Shown here piece after piece: positions 1 to 18,468 of a DNA stretch of 64,000 bases. The notes below the pieces were generated by a model. The model had not been told where the DNA came from and ran no database searches. It worked only from the letters and a program-made list of their open reading frames with translations. This DNA is from Ministeria vibrans ATCC 50519 (lineage: Eukaryota; Protista; Filasterea). The position numbers were made by a program, and so were the translations under genes. The stretch spans positions 85,626-149,625 of the forward strand of contig CALSCP010002497.1 of assembly GCA_943704425.1 (NCBI GenBank), read 5' to 3'. Numbering within the stretch: position 1 is the stretch's first letter; the number at the start of each line of letters is the position of its first letter.

Positions 1-47
<47 letters not shown>
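1..47. repeat. (AT)n microsatellite, intronic
   Basis: Pure AT dinucleotide run at the window start, followed by acceptor ACTCCAG at 61-67. Confidence 0.95.
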
Positions 48-48
<1 letters not shown>

Positions 49-67
49 GCACACATACGCACTCCAG

Positions 68-1276
68 GTTTTCTTGACGACCTGTAATTCTTCTCTTGGT
101 TCAGCGCACGGCTCCTTCACGGCGTTTGAAACTGTGAAGAATTTTACGGCAGAAGAACGAGAGCTTCACCGACTGACAAAGGCAGTGGAGGATCACGAAG
201 CGTCGTGCTGGCGTCGTCGAATCTCTGCTTCAAGCATGCGAATGGTGCAAAAGTTTGTGCGTGTGACAGGTGTGGGAATCGGACTCGTTGTGACAGCAGT
301 GCAGGTCTCACAAGGTCTTCTGTCTGTGGGATCTTTCACACTCGTGGCTTCGTACATGCGCCAGATTATGAGCCCGGTGTCGGACATGTCACTCATATAC
401 CGTGACCTGCAGAATGCATTTGTAGACCTGGAGAAACTTGAGGCGCTGCTCGACGAGAAGCCCAGCGTGGTTGACTGTGTGCACGCACGCAAGGCGGATT
501 TTAAGTTGGAAGGGGGCTGTGGAGGTGAGATACGCTTTGAGAACGTGCACTTTCACTACGACGCCGCGCAGCCAGTGTTGCGTGGTGTATCGTTTCATAT
601 CCGGTCGGGAACCACTGTGGCGCTGGTGGGCCCCTCGGGTGCCGGCAAGTCTACCATTGTGCGGATGGTATTGCGTTTGTACGATGCGACGGAAGGAAGC
701 GTGTTTGTGAACGGCACGGATGTGCGTCAGCTTGCACAAGGGTCGTTGCGCGCAGGAATGAGTGTGGTCGCACAGGAGACGATGCTTTTTAACGAGACCC
801 TCGACTACAATGTGCGATATGGTCGTCCTGAGGCGGACACAACCGAGGTGATACAGGCGATGAGGGGAGCGGCACTGCATGACACTGTGGTCAGTCGATT
901 CGCTCTTGGCTACAACACGGTTGTAGGCGAGCGAGGCACGCGACTAAGCGGAGGAGAGAGACAGCGCGTGGCCATTGCGCGAGCCATTCTAAGGGACACG
1001 CCCATACTGCTACTAGATGAGGCCACAAGCTCTCTCGACACCCTGACCGAACGCGACATTCAACAAGCGCTGCGGGGTGCCTGTGTCAACCGTACCACAC
1101 TTGTGGTAGCACATCGCCTGAGCACCATCATGCACGCTGACGAAATTCTCGTCCTCGAACACGGTCAAATCACCGAGCGCGGTCGCCACGACGACCTCCT
1201 TGCCATCGACGGTGGAACCTACGCCAAAATGTGGGGCGAACAAAGAATTACCGAGAAAAATCATAGTGCTGTATAA
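68..1276 (+). CDS. ABC transporter B family half-transporter (ABCB6/HMT1/ATM1-like), last exon only; 5' part lies outside the window
   Basis: Contains FETVKNFTAEERE (ATM1/ABCB6-type), Walker A GPSGAGKS, signature LSGGE, Walker B ILLLDEATS and H-loop VAHRLST. Confidence 0.9.
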   Translation, partial: VFLTTCNSSLGSAHGSFTAFETVKNFTAEERELHRLTKAVEDHEASCWRRRISASSMRMVQKFVRVTGVGIGLVVTAVQVSQGLLSVGSFTLVASYMRQIMSPVSDMSLIYRDLQNAFVDLEKLEALLDEKPSVVDCVHARKADFKLEGGCGGEIRFENVHFHYDAAQPVLRGVSFHIRSGTTVALVGPSGAGKSTIVRMVLRLYDATEGSVFVNGTDVRQLAQGSLRAGMSVVAQETMLFNETLDYNVRYGRPEADTTEVIQAMRGAALHDTVVSRFALGYNTVVGERGTRLSGGERQRVAIARAILRDTPILLLDEATSSLDTLTERDIQQALRGACVNRTTLVVAHRLSTIMHADEILVLEHGQITERGRHDDLLAIDGGTYAKMWGEQRITEKNHSAV

Positions 1277-1475
1277 CAAAATCACACAAAATAAAAAATA
1301 ATAATAATTGCGTATTATTATCATTTGTAAGAAAATTAATAATAATAATAATAATAATTATTTATTATTATTATTATTATTATAATATTATTTTATAGAG
1401 AAGAGAGCACGCAGAGTAGAGTATAGCACAAGAGTGACTAAACTAATTTATTTTTGCTTCCTTCAATCAATCGCC

Positions 1476-3026
1476 ATGTCGCAAGCGGCGTACTTGGCAA
1501 AGATGTATGGCGACGGCGGCGGGAGCAACATCAGTAGTGAGAAGAAGCAGAAGAAGAAGAAGAAGTCGTCCAAGGGGGCGGTTGCTGTGGTGCCCCGCTC
1601 GCGCATTGTAGACGACGATGCCGACATGCCCCCGCCTGCCTATGTTGCTGACAGTAAGGTCGACTTCGATGCCGATCCGTCCGCCGCCGACGTAAGCTAT
1701 CGGCAACGCCTTGCAGAACGTCGAAATTTTAAATGTGTGCCGCTCGCTTTTTGCAGGAATGGGGCGACGAGGGAGCTGTGGTGGTCAATGAGGAGGAGCT
1801 CGATCCCAAGATAGTGGACGAGTTTCGAGCTCGCAAAGACTCAGCATGGACAACGGTCGGCGGCGACGGTGGGCAGCGAGGCCAGAAACGCACGCACGAC
1901 GGCACAAACGATTCTGAAAGACGACGAACTCGTCACGACTCACCGGATCTTTCTCCTCCACGACGAACTCGTCACGACTCACCGGATCTTTCTCCTCCAC
2001 GACGAACGCGTCACGACTCACCGGATCTTTCTCCTCCACGACGAACGCGTCACGACTCACCAGACCTATCTCCTCCACGACGAACGCGTCACGACCCACC
2101 AGACCTCTCTCCTCCACGACGAACGCGTCACGACTCACCAGACCTCTCTCCTCCACGACGCGGTCGTCGTGACTCACCAGACCTCTCTCCACCCCGTCGC
2201 TCTCGTCGAGACGCATCGCCCCCGCGACGAAAGGCGACCGCGGATGCTAGTGCATCGGTGGTACGACGTGCACCCCAGACTGCTCTGCCGACGGGTGGTC
2301 TTCAGAGTGCTGCCGAGTTGAAAGAGAGCATTGAGGCGAAGAAGCGCGAAGACGCAGCACTTATGTCGTCGCTCAACGACGAGCGACTTGGGCGACACGC
2401 CGAGACGGTGTATCGCGACAAGCAAGGAAAGAAGGTTGACGTGCGATTGGAACGACTCAAAGAGCGACAGGAACGACAGCGAAAAGAGGAGGCTGAAGAG
2501 GCCAAGATGGTGTGGGGACGTGGTGTGGTGCAAGCCGAAGAGGTAAATATCAATCTGAGACACTTAAGATTAATAATAATAATAATAATAATATAATAAT
2601 AATAATATTATTATTATTATCGTTGTGGTTTAGAGGGTGAGCAAATGGGAAGAAGAGCAACGAGAAGTTGCAAAGCCGTTTGCGCGTCACGCGGACGACG
2701 AAGACCTGGAGGCGTTACTGAAGAACCAGGAGCGAGCGGAAGACCCTATGGCGGCGTACATGCGCAACAAGCGACGCAAGGAGGGTGGAGGCGGGTCTGG
2801 TAGTGGGAACAGTAAGGTGCGGGGGGTGGGAGGCAAGGGCACGGGCAATGGCAAGCCGGTGTACACGGGGCCACGAGGCCCTGGGAATCGCTTTGGGATT
2901 GTTCCGGGCTATCGATGGGATGGCGTGGACCGCAGCAATGGGTTTGAGGCGGAGATAGGCAAGAAGAGGATGGCTGCTGTGGCACGCGCCGAAGAAGCGT
3001 ACAAGTGGAGTGTGGAAGACATGTAA
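1476..3026 (+). CDS. BUD13: Pre-mRNA splicing RES complex subunit BUD13; exons ~1476-1691, 1757-2542, 2634-3026
   Basis: RHDSPDLSPPRR repeats, ETVYRDKQG and C-terminal NRFGIVPGYRWDGVDRSNGFE...YKWSVEDM; GT-AG introns keep frame. Confidence 0.95.
1921..2225 (+). repeat. Coding 39-bp tandem repeat (RRTRHDSPDLSPP, about 7 copies) in BUD13
   Basis: Directly visible units such as CGACGAACGCGTCACGACTCACCAGACCTCTCTCCTCCA. Confidence 0.95.
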
Positions 3027-3055
3027 AAAAAAAAACCAGGAAAGGAAAAGGGTTT

Positions 3056-5563
<2,508 letters not shown>

Positions 5564-5712
5564 AAAATTGAAATGATTATTGACTATTGACTCGAAAGAA
5601 ACACTTTTTAAGAAAGCCAAAATTGAAATTAATTATTTTCTCTGTTCGCGTGTGTGAGTACCGCGTTTGCTTACGTTTCCCTCACTTGGCAGCAGACAGT
5701 GCTGATTTGTAG

Positions 5713-8191
<2,479 letters not shown>

Positions 8192-8383
8192 AGAAAAATG
8201 TGAAACAATATTCAATTCCTGCACGTGCCTTTGAGTAGGGTATAGTGATCATGCTCAATTTGCTTATTTTACTTTGATTAGTTTCAAATCGGAATAAAAT
8301 GAACTATTCCGATTTCCGAATTATCATTATTAGTTGTTAATAATGTTTTCAGTTTTCTTTTCTTTTCTGTCTTTCGCTGTGTG

Positions 8384-11336
8384 ATGCTCGCCACCGCTGT
8401 ATTGACAGTGGCACTTGCATGTGGAGCTCTTTCACTGGTGGTGGTGTCCCCAGACACGGTCGTGCTGTCCAACGAGTATGTGACGGCGACGTTTGACCGG
8501 AACCAACCGCAAATCACAACACTGGCAGGGACGCTCGCTGGCGGAGCCTCGCTCCTTGCGCGCGCGCCCAATGTGCTGGCGGGCCAGGGACAAGCGGATC
8601 CGTTGAAACTGCATCGCGCTGGGTTTGTTCTCGAGAGCGTGACGGCCGGCAGAGTGTCGGCGTCGACCGATTCGCTGCAGGTGACCGTGGCGCTTGTCGC
8701 GAACACGACCAGCTCGAGCATTGTGCGTCTGAGCGGCATTACGGATCGGTCCGTGTCTCCGTGCGTCGACGAGACGTGGACACTCTCCCTGGCGGAGGAT
8801 TCCCGCTGGCTGTCCGTCGACATCCAAGGGCAAACCACCTGTGCCGGTGTGGCCGTCCTCCACACCGCCTACCTCAACACCCCGTCCATCTACGCACTCT
8901 ACGACAATCGAGGCGTCGTCCAAATGATGTCCAATCCCGACAAGTTCTTTCCAGTGTCAGGCGAGCCACTCAGTCGTGTTTACTCGCTCGGAGGGAATGC
9001 CTCCCTCGAAATTTTCCGCGATAATGCGGGCTCTAACGACACGCTGCTTCTCACCAACGGACCCTTCTTCCAGACCGCCTTGCAAGAGGCAGTGGGTGCC
9101 AGCTCCTTGCCGGGCAAGAACGAAGACTGGAGCATCTACAAGAACAACTCGGTATACGCTTTGTCGTCTCTTTCTCTGTCTCATTTGTCTGTGTAGGATC
9201 CATGGATGGGCCACGAAAACACGCGCAACGGCGTGCTTTCGTCGTACACTAGCAAGTGGCGCCTTGCACCAGTCGACGGTGACTTCCCAGTGGGCACACC
9301 TGTCACGCGCGCCCTCGCAGGCAACCTTCCGGAGAGCCAACTGCGAGCCTTTCTGACGGGCATCTACGCGTCGCCCGTGGGCTGTCTCGAGTCTTTCAAC
9401 AAAGACCTCCCGGGCCAAATTGCGCCGTCTATCCACCACCCCGAGTCCGCCTACAAGGGCCTCTACAACTTTTTTGACCCAGACAATTTCATCTCAACGT
9501 CGGCCATGCTCTACAGCGGTGATCCCTTTCTCGCCAACGAAGTGCGCAAGATCCTCGAGCGTACCGGCTCCTTTGCTCTCGACAATGGGCAGCTTCCCCA
9601 CCATCTTATTGGCACTAAACCCACATATGTCGCCCTCTCCGGTGCAACTCAAGTAGGTGTACAGTGTGCGACTAAGAGACCGACACCCATTACTTTTTTT
9701 CCTTTGTTTGTTTTCTTTCTTGTTTGTTTGTTTGTTTGTTTTATGTTCTTTGACAGACTGGTCCACAAATCTTTTGGACGCTGTCAGTTTTACAGTATGC
9801 GCGCGCCACGAGCAACTTTGCCTGGCTGGAGGCGCAGATGCCTCTTGTGCGTCGCGTCGTGGGCTTTCTCTTCTCCTTTTACGATCCATCCGTGGCGCTC
9901 CTCAATGCGCCCGGTCCTCTCTACATCGACGTCTTCATCCGCAATCAGTACGCCAGCGACTCTAACGCCGGTTTTGTTCTAGTCCTGCGCGAGTTTGCCG
10001 AAGCCGAAGGCCTCTTTGGCAACTCCACCGGCTACTCCTACCTCAACCACGTATACTCATGGCGAATTCTTTCACCGCTCTTTCCCTCTCACTCCCTCTT
10101 CTTTATCACTTAGGTGGCAGACCTTGTGAGTGCGTCGATGAACCGCTATTTGTACAACACAGTTGACCACTACATCACGCAACTGGACACAGACCTCAAC
10201 ACCACGCGTGACTTTATCGACTACGACGCAAACTTGCTCGCCGTTGCCCTAGGCATTGCCTCCGTCTCTGACGGCACTGCAGCAAACGTCCTTGCGCGTG
10301 TCGACCGTGGCAACTGCACTCATGCTGGACGTGCCACATACGTTTCGTAACGATGAAAACCTTTTCTATTGGTACTCGTCCCTTACACTTGCATTTAGGG
10401 AGCGCTTTTACGGACCCAAAGACTGTTACAATGGTATAATTAAGAACGATTCGTTCTCTCAAAAGCTCTCGACCTCTTACTCTTTTTGCTTCCTAGGCAA
10501 CATTGGCGACTCCAACACCGCAATGGGCCGCATTGCGTACTTTGACGCCCACGCGCGTCGCATGGTCGGCGACAAGGACACCTTTGACCGGCTCATCTTG
10601 GACCCGCTCATCAACGATGTCCTCACATACACTTGGTTGCACGAGCGATACCTCTGCGATGGATCACAGGTACACGCAAATTAAACAATCCTTCACCCAC
10701 AAAACAAACCCACTCACGTTCTACTCTACTGATTCTGTACAGGCTCACTCTGAAGCGTACTTTGAGTATCCCTCGGTGACTGCGATGATGATGCGTGAGC
10801 TGCGCTTTGGCATCAACATTGGCCTGCGCACCCTCACCATCCGCCCTTGGCTTGCATCCCCACACTTTTCTTATGCCATTAACAACCTTCAGGTGCGCCC
10901 ACACTTATGAAACACCTCAAAAAAGACACACACACACACACCACAAAGCACACTAAGCACACTAAGAACTAAGCCCCCACATATATGCATTACAGAATCA
11001 CGTCGTACATATGTACACACATACGTACACACAACACATACCTAGATACATATATATATATATATATGCATACATACACTAATCTCTCTCTCGCTTCTTC
11101 AGGTGGACTTCTCGCGCGACACCGTTTCGTTCTCGGTCAGCAATGGCAATCACGCACGCACCGTCGCGATCCACTCGCTTGTGCCCTCCGCTATGTATAC
11201 CGTCTCGCTCTCGGGTCATGCCAACCCCCAGTGCTCGTCGACCAAGCCCCTGGACGTCTCGTCCGATCCCGATGGCGTACTCTCCTTTGAGCTGGTGGAT
11301 CTCGCGTGCGCTGTTCGTGTCCACCGAACGTCGTAA
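8384..11336 (+). CDS. Secreted protein with probable (alpha/alpha)6 six-hairpin glycosidase-like domain, about 8 exons
   Basis: Signal peptide, beta-rich N-terminal domain, then helical region with YNFFDPD, GQLPHH, YIDVF, SDSNA, FIDYDANLLA, WLHERY and YFEYPS, then a beta-rich C-terminus. Family not assignable by eye. Confidence 0.6.
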
Positions 11337-11414
11337 AAAAAAAAATGAATTTTAGTACGAATTCGATTCCTTTTTGTTACATAGACGTTTTGTATTGCAT
11401 TATACTGCCTCTTG

Positions 11415-12244
11415 CTAGACCATCTTCTTGCGTGCCAATGTCCCTCGTGATTCATACGCATCCCACCCGTCACAATCGCGCAACTCACGACTCGTCACTG
11501 GATTGCCTTCGAGACCCAACGAGTGGATCTGTGAGTCGCGAAACACTTCCGTTGCAATTGACTTGGCCGTTAAACAGTTCTCTTCGCAATGGACCACTTT
11601 CAAGCGGCTCATGGTGGCAAGCGAGGCGGGCAGTGAACCCAGTTGGTTGCGCGCAAGACACAGCTCGCTCACATTGAGTTCGCCAAATCCTTCCTGTGGA
11701 AGCTCAGTGATCGCATTGTCATTCAGATCAAGGAAGAGTAGCTTTGTCAAGCTACTCAGAGCCTCCGTAGGGAACGCTGTCAGCCCAGTTTCGCTAAGAT
11801 TGAGCGTCTTAAGGGCCTAACAAAGCGCACTCATGAGCTGTCCGTTTCACTTAAGTGTGCGAATCCACTTACGACCAACGTTGCAATGCACGGCGGCGCC
11901 ACCTTGAGGGCGTTTCCGGATAGATTTAGCGTGTCAATCTTGACGAGAGACCCTACACAGTCGGGCAGGGACGCTACACAAAGAGGGTTGAGTGACGCGT
12001 TCGGCTTCACTCTCCTCTCACGCGCACCCAGTCGATTGTTCGCCAGGTTCAGCTGCTTGAGGTTGACAAAGGCTGCTATCTCGACGCCCAGCGCGGCAAT
12101 GCGGTTGCCGCTCAGGTCCAGGACCCGCAGCGTCACGACCGTCAGTGCCTGCGGCGGAATCCGCAACAGATTCGCCTTGGGCAGCGTTAAAACCCCAGTT
12201 TTGCGCGCATTCTCCATATGCGTGGCAGCATTGGCGTTGCCCAT
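11415..12244 (-). CDS. LRRC57: Leucine-rich repeat protein 57-like, 3 exons
   Basis: MGNANAATHMENARKTGVLTL start, LRRs, and C-terminal LEGNP...DGWDAYESR...KKM typical of LRRC57. Confidence 0.85.
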
Positions 12245-12299
12245 CCTCAAACAACGATGGAATTGAAAGAATGAATTGAAAATAAAATAATAAAATATA

Positions 12300-12432
12300 G
12301 AAGAAGAATACAACCCATTTATTAATGATACAGTCACCACGCGAAGACACAGAAATATAGAAGAAGAAGAAGAATACAACCCATTTATTAATGAAATATA
12401 AAGAAGAATACAACCCATTTATTAATGATACA
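12300..12432 (-). repeat. Three copies of TAATAAATGGGTTGTATTCTTC upstream of LRRC57
   Basis: GAATACAACCCATTTATTAATGA occurs three times on the plus strand; the same motif recurs at 36660-36803. Confidence 0.85.
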
Positions 12433-12540
12433 GAAAAATATAGATTTTTTCGATTTTAATGAATATTATTTGTATTGTACTTCATCTCCCTTGGAGTAAA
12501 CTTTCATAATAATAGTAAAACTAATTCTTAATATTAACAA

Positions 12541-12541
<1 letters not shown>

Positions 12542-12616
<75 letters not shown>

Positions 12617-12619
12617 TAC

Positions 12620-12661
<42 letters not shown>

Positions 12662-12670
12662 ATTAATTAT
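12542..12670. repeat. (ATT)n intergenic microsatellite
   Basis: Directly visible. Confidence 0.95.
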
Positions 12671-12733
12671 TAATGATTTTATTGGCTCTACATTCCTCCA
12701 TTAATTATTATCTTATTTCTTTCTACAACTTGC

Positions 12734-15573
12734 TCAGTGTACAAGATCCGACGGCTGAAGCGACAAGAGAAACTCCAGCGCCATCTGAAGTGTTACCAGT
12801 CCATAGCCATACTCCCCCAAGAGCTGTTGCTTGTCTACAAAATCTGACACATACTCCGCCTAAAAAAACAACACACAATCATTGACTTTTTTTTTGCAGC
12901 TTTCGTTTTGACGCACTTGTGAAAAGAGTTTGCGAGAGCCGCTGTGAACAATGACACAGGAAAAGAGCACAAGCAACTCCTCACAGCCCAGGCTGTCTGC
13001 GTCGCCATTGCCTGTGTACGTCCGCTGAATGGCCATTGCGCACCGATTGATCTGCACACAGGGAAAATCATTCCAATTAAATACAAAGCAATCATTAAAT
13101 TTTGGTTAAAGTACACCTCTCGAAGAGTCGCAAGAATACACCCAATCTTCTCGGCGGGAGTGACAAGACCGACAAAGTGTGCAAAGGCATCGACTGCGGT
13201 CGCATAGGGCGAAAGAGCCGAGCGACGGGCTGACTGAGACGCACTCTCCCCACTACCGCTGATGCTGCTGTTGCTGCTGCAACCACCATGCGCAACACAA
13301 CACTCGCGACGCACGTTGAGTTGTGACGGGAGTAGAAAATGGAAGCGACGGATTTGAGCGCTGAGTTGTGCATCACGCGCGTGGTTCTCGCGCTCGTACA
13401 GAGGCATAAGCGAGAAGAAGACCATGGGGAAAAGCACACGCTCAATGGCAGGCCGCACATAAGCGCGTCGTACTGCATCGCCCAGCGACGGATGCGATGC
13501 AATCACACGTCGTTTAAGCGCCTCAAGAAACAGATCCATGTCCTTGACTGCGTCCCGACGCAGTGCCTCAACACGCTGCTGACGCACCGCAATGGCGCGC
13601 GCCTCGCTGCTATACTGTGCATTCACGTAGCGCTGCACCTCAACAAGTGAAGTACTCGCCTGCGTCGTCTCATTAGTCAGCTCGCGCAACACCTCCTCGG
13701 TAACAGACTCGCGTGCGGCCAGATCAGCCGCCTCGCTGGTCACGCTCGCTGTCTCCCAGTTGTCACCGCCGCCCACACTACCCCCCACACTGCCTCCCTG
13801 GGCACTATTGCTGCGCGAGCTCGTGGCGGACACAGGAGACTCGCGCGGGTCCACAAGCGCCGCCCCGTCGCCCGCATAAAAGAGATCGCCGGCGCCAATG
13901 TTGCCACTCTCATCCTGCACCCGTCGCAAGAAGGCGTGCAAGTCCGCTTCGGGGTCGCGCGAGTCGTGCTCACGTATCAACGACCGAACCGTGCCCCGCG
14001 CCACCTCACGAACATTCATTGCAAAGATTTTGGCAGAGAAGAGTCGATTGCGCAGCTCACGAGACGTAGCAAGTTGCGCTTCGCTCTCACAAAACTCGGC
14101 ATATTTAGGCAACTGAGCGTCGTGTTCTCTCATTTCAGCCGTGTCACTTACGTCGGTGCCGCGACGACTGAGCGTCGCCCCAACACAGTTCACCGCGTGC
14201 ATAAGCAGGGCTGGCGAGAACATGGACGAAGGCCGCTGTTCCCGCATCTGCACCCATTTCGCACTGCTCTCCGAAGAGCCGCCGGTCCCTTCGCTTTCTT
14301 CCCCCTGCCGCTGTTGTTGCTGTTGCTGTTGTTCTTGTTGTAGTTGTTGCCGTTGTTGCTGATCATGTTGTCGCAAAGGTTCTCGCTCCTTCATGTCGTT
14401 TCGTGCAGTGGCAAGGACGGCGCTGAGAACGGCGCGAGAGTAGCGCTCGGGTCGTTGCATCACATGCGCAATGAGCCCGCGACACAACTGACGCGCGCGC
14501 AAGTGACGCTCGTGCGTCTCCTGCGACTGAACATTGAGCTCTTCGTCGACGGAAGCAAGTTCACGGGAGATGTCGGCGACGACACGCTCCAGGTAGACCA
14601 TGTCTTCGTAGGCGGGTGCTGTAAAGGGAAGCACGCGCGAGCGCAGCAGACGTAACGAACGCCGTGCTTGTGCCAGGTCGGGAGCAGTAGAATGCCCAGC
14701 AAGAGCACAAGCGCTGTTCCACATGGGTTTTGACATGCCCAAGCTGCGCTGTTTGCCCGACATGAAACGGCAGCGCGCCACGCGAGCACGACAGTCGAGC
14801 GTGACGCTCTCAAGTAGTCGCAAGCGCCACACAATCGGGTCCGAATCCAAATCTCCTCGTGACAAAGCCTCGCCGTTTGCCGTCACCGTCAGTCCGGTGA
14901 ATTCAAAGTCAATGGCAAAGCTAGCACTGTCGACAGCGACTGCTACAGACCTCTGTGAACAGTCAGCAGCAGGGGTCTTGTCGCGCTCGCTCGACTCTGA
15001 CAGTGCGGTTTGTCGATACCCAATGTGCCGTACGGACACGTGCGCTGTCCGTCGACTGGTGGGCGACGAGGCATGTGAGTGAAGCGCGGGCAGAGCGGCA
15101 CTTGAGGGAGGTGGCTGCGGAGTGCGCTTCTTTGCGCCTGCCGCGCCACCCGGCGGGAACGAGTTGGACCGCGAACGCCGGTGGGAGGGCCGCCCGTTCA
15201 GGGGCATCGGCGCCGCCTGGTCGGGAGCACCGAGGACGCTGCGGTGCGGACGGGTCGAGACAACATTCAAAACTTGCGCGCGTCGACGCTGGTCCGGCAG
15301 GAAAGACGACGCCTCACGGAATGACTGCGACAGAAAGACGCTTGCCGAAGCTTCTTCGGCCACGGACGAGAGTCGTTCCAGGTGTGTCGAGTCGCTTTCT
15401 GACTGCTTTTGCTTCGTTTCACATTCGTCCATTTCTTCCAGTCGCAGTCTGCGCGCAAAGGGCGAATCCCCCTCTGCCAACGGCGTCTGTGGCACCACAG
15501 CAACAGGGGAGCCTGCTGCCAACAACGCGGCCGGTGGTGCCGCCCCGTCTGGCCGTATGATGACCAGACGCAT
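12734..15573 (-). CDS. VPS9-domain protein (VPS9D1-like Rab5 GEF), 3 exons
   Basis: C-terminal TPAEKIGCI, LGCEELLVLFSCVIVHS and GEYGYGLVTLQMALEFL match the VPS9 domain; long coiled-coil/low-complexity N-terminus. Confidence 0.85.
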
Positions 15574-15683
15574 TCAACTCGAAAGCACACGAAAAGTATT
15601 CTAAGAACTGAATAATTGTATTTTGTATCAATAATAATTATTAATTTTTTTTACTTTTATTTCGTTTTGACTCAACACTCTGC

Positions 15684-18327
<2,644 letters not shown>

Positions 18328-18468
18328 ACTCATTTGTGATCAATGTAAAAGGAATAAAAATAATCAGTTTTTTATGTATAATAATAGTAATAATTCTTCC
18401 AAAACAAAAAAAAAACTCTCTCTCTCTCTCTCAACTCTCTGTATCACTTTCTCTCCATCAGCCGATAC

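Noticed and set aside
1921-2225. Regular 39-bp repeats resembling a CRISPR array
   Set aside because: No unique spacers; they are in-frame coding repeats typical of BUD13.
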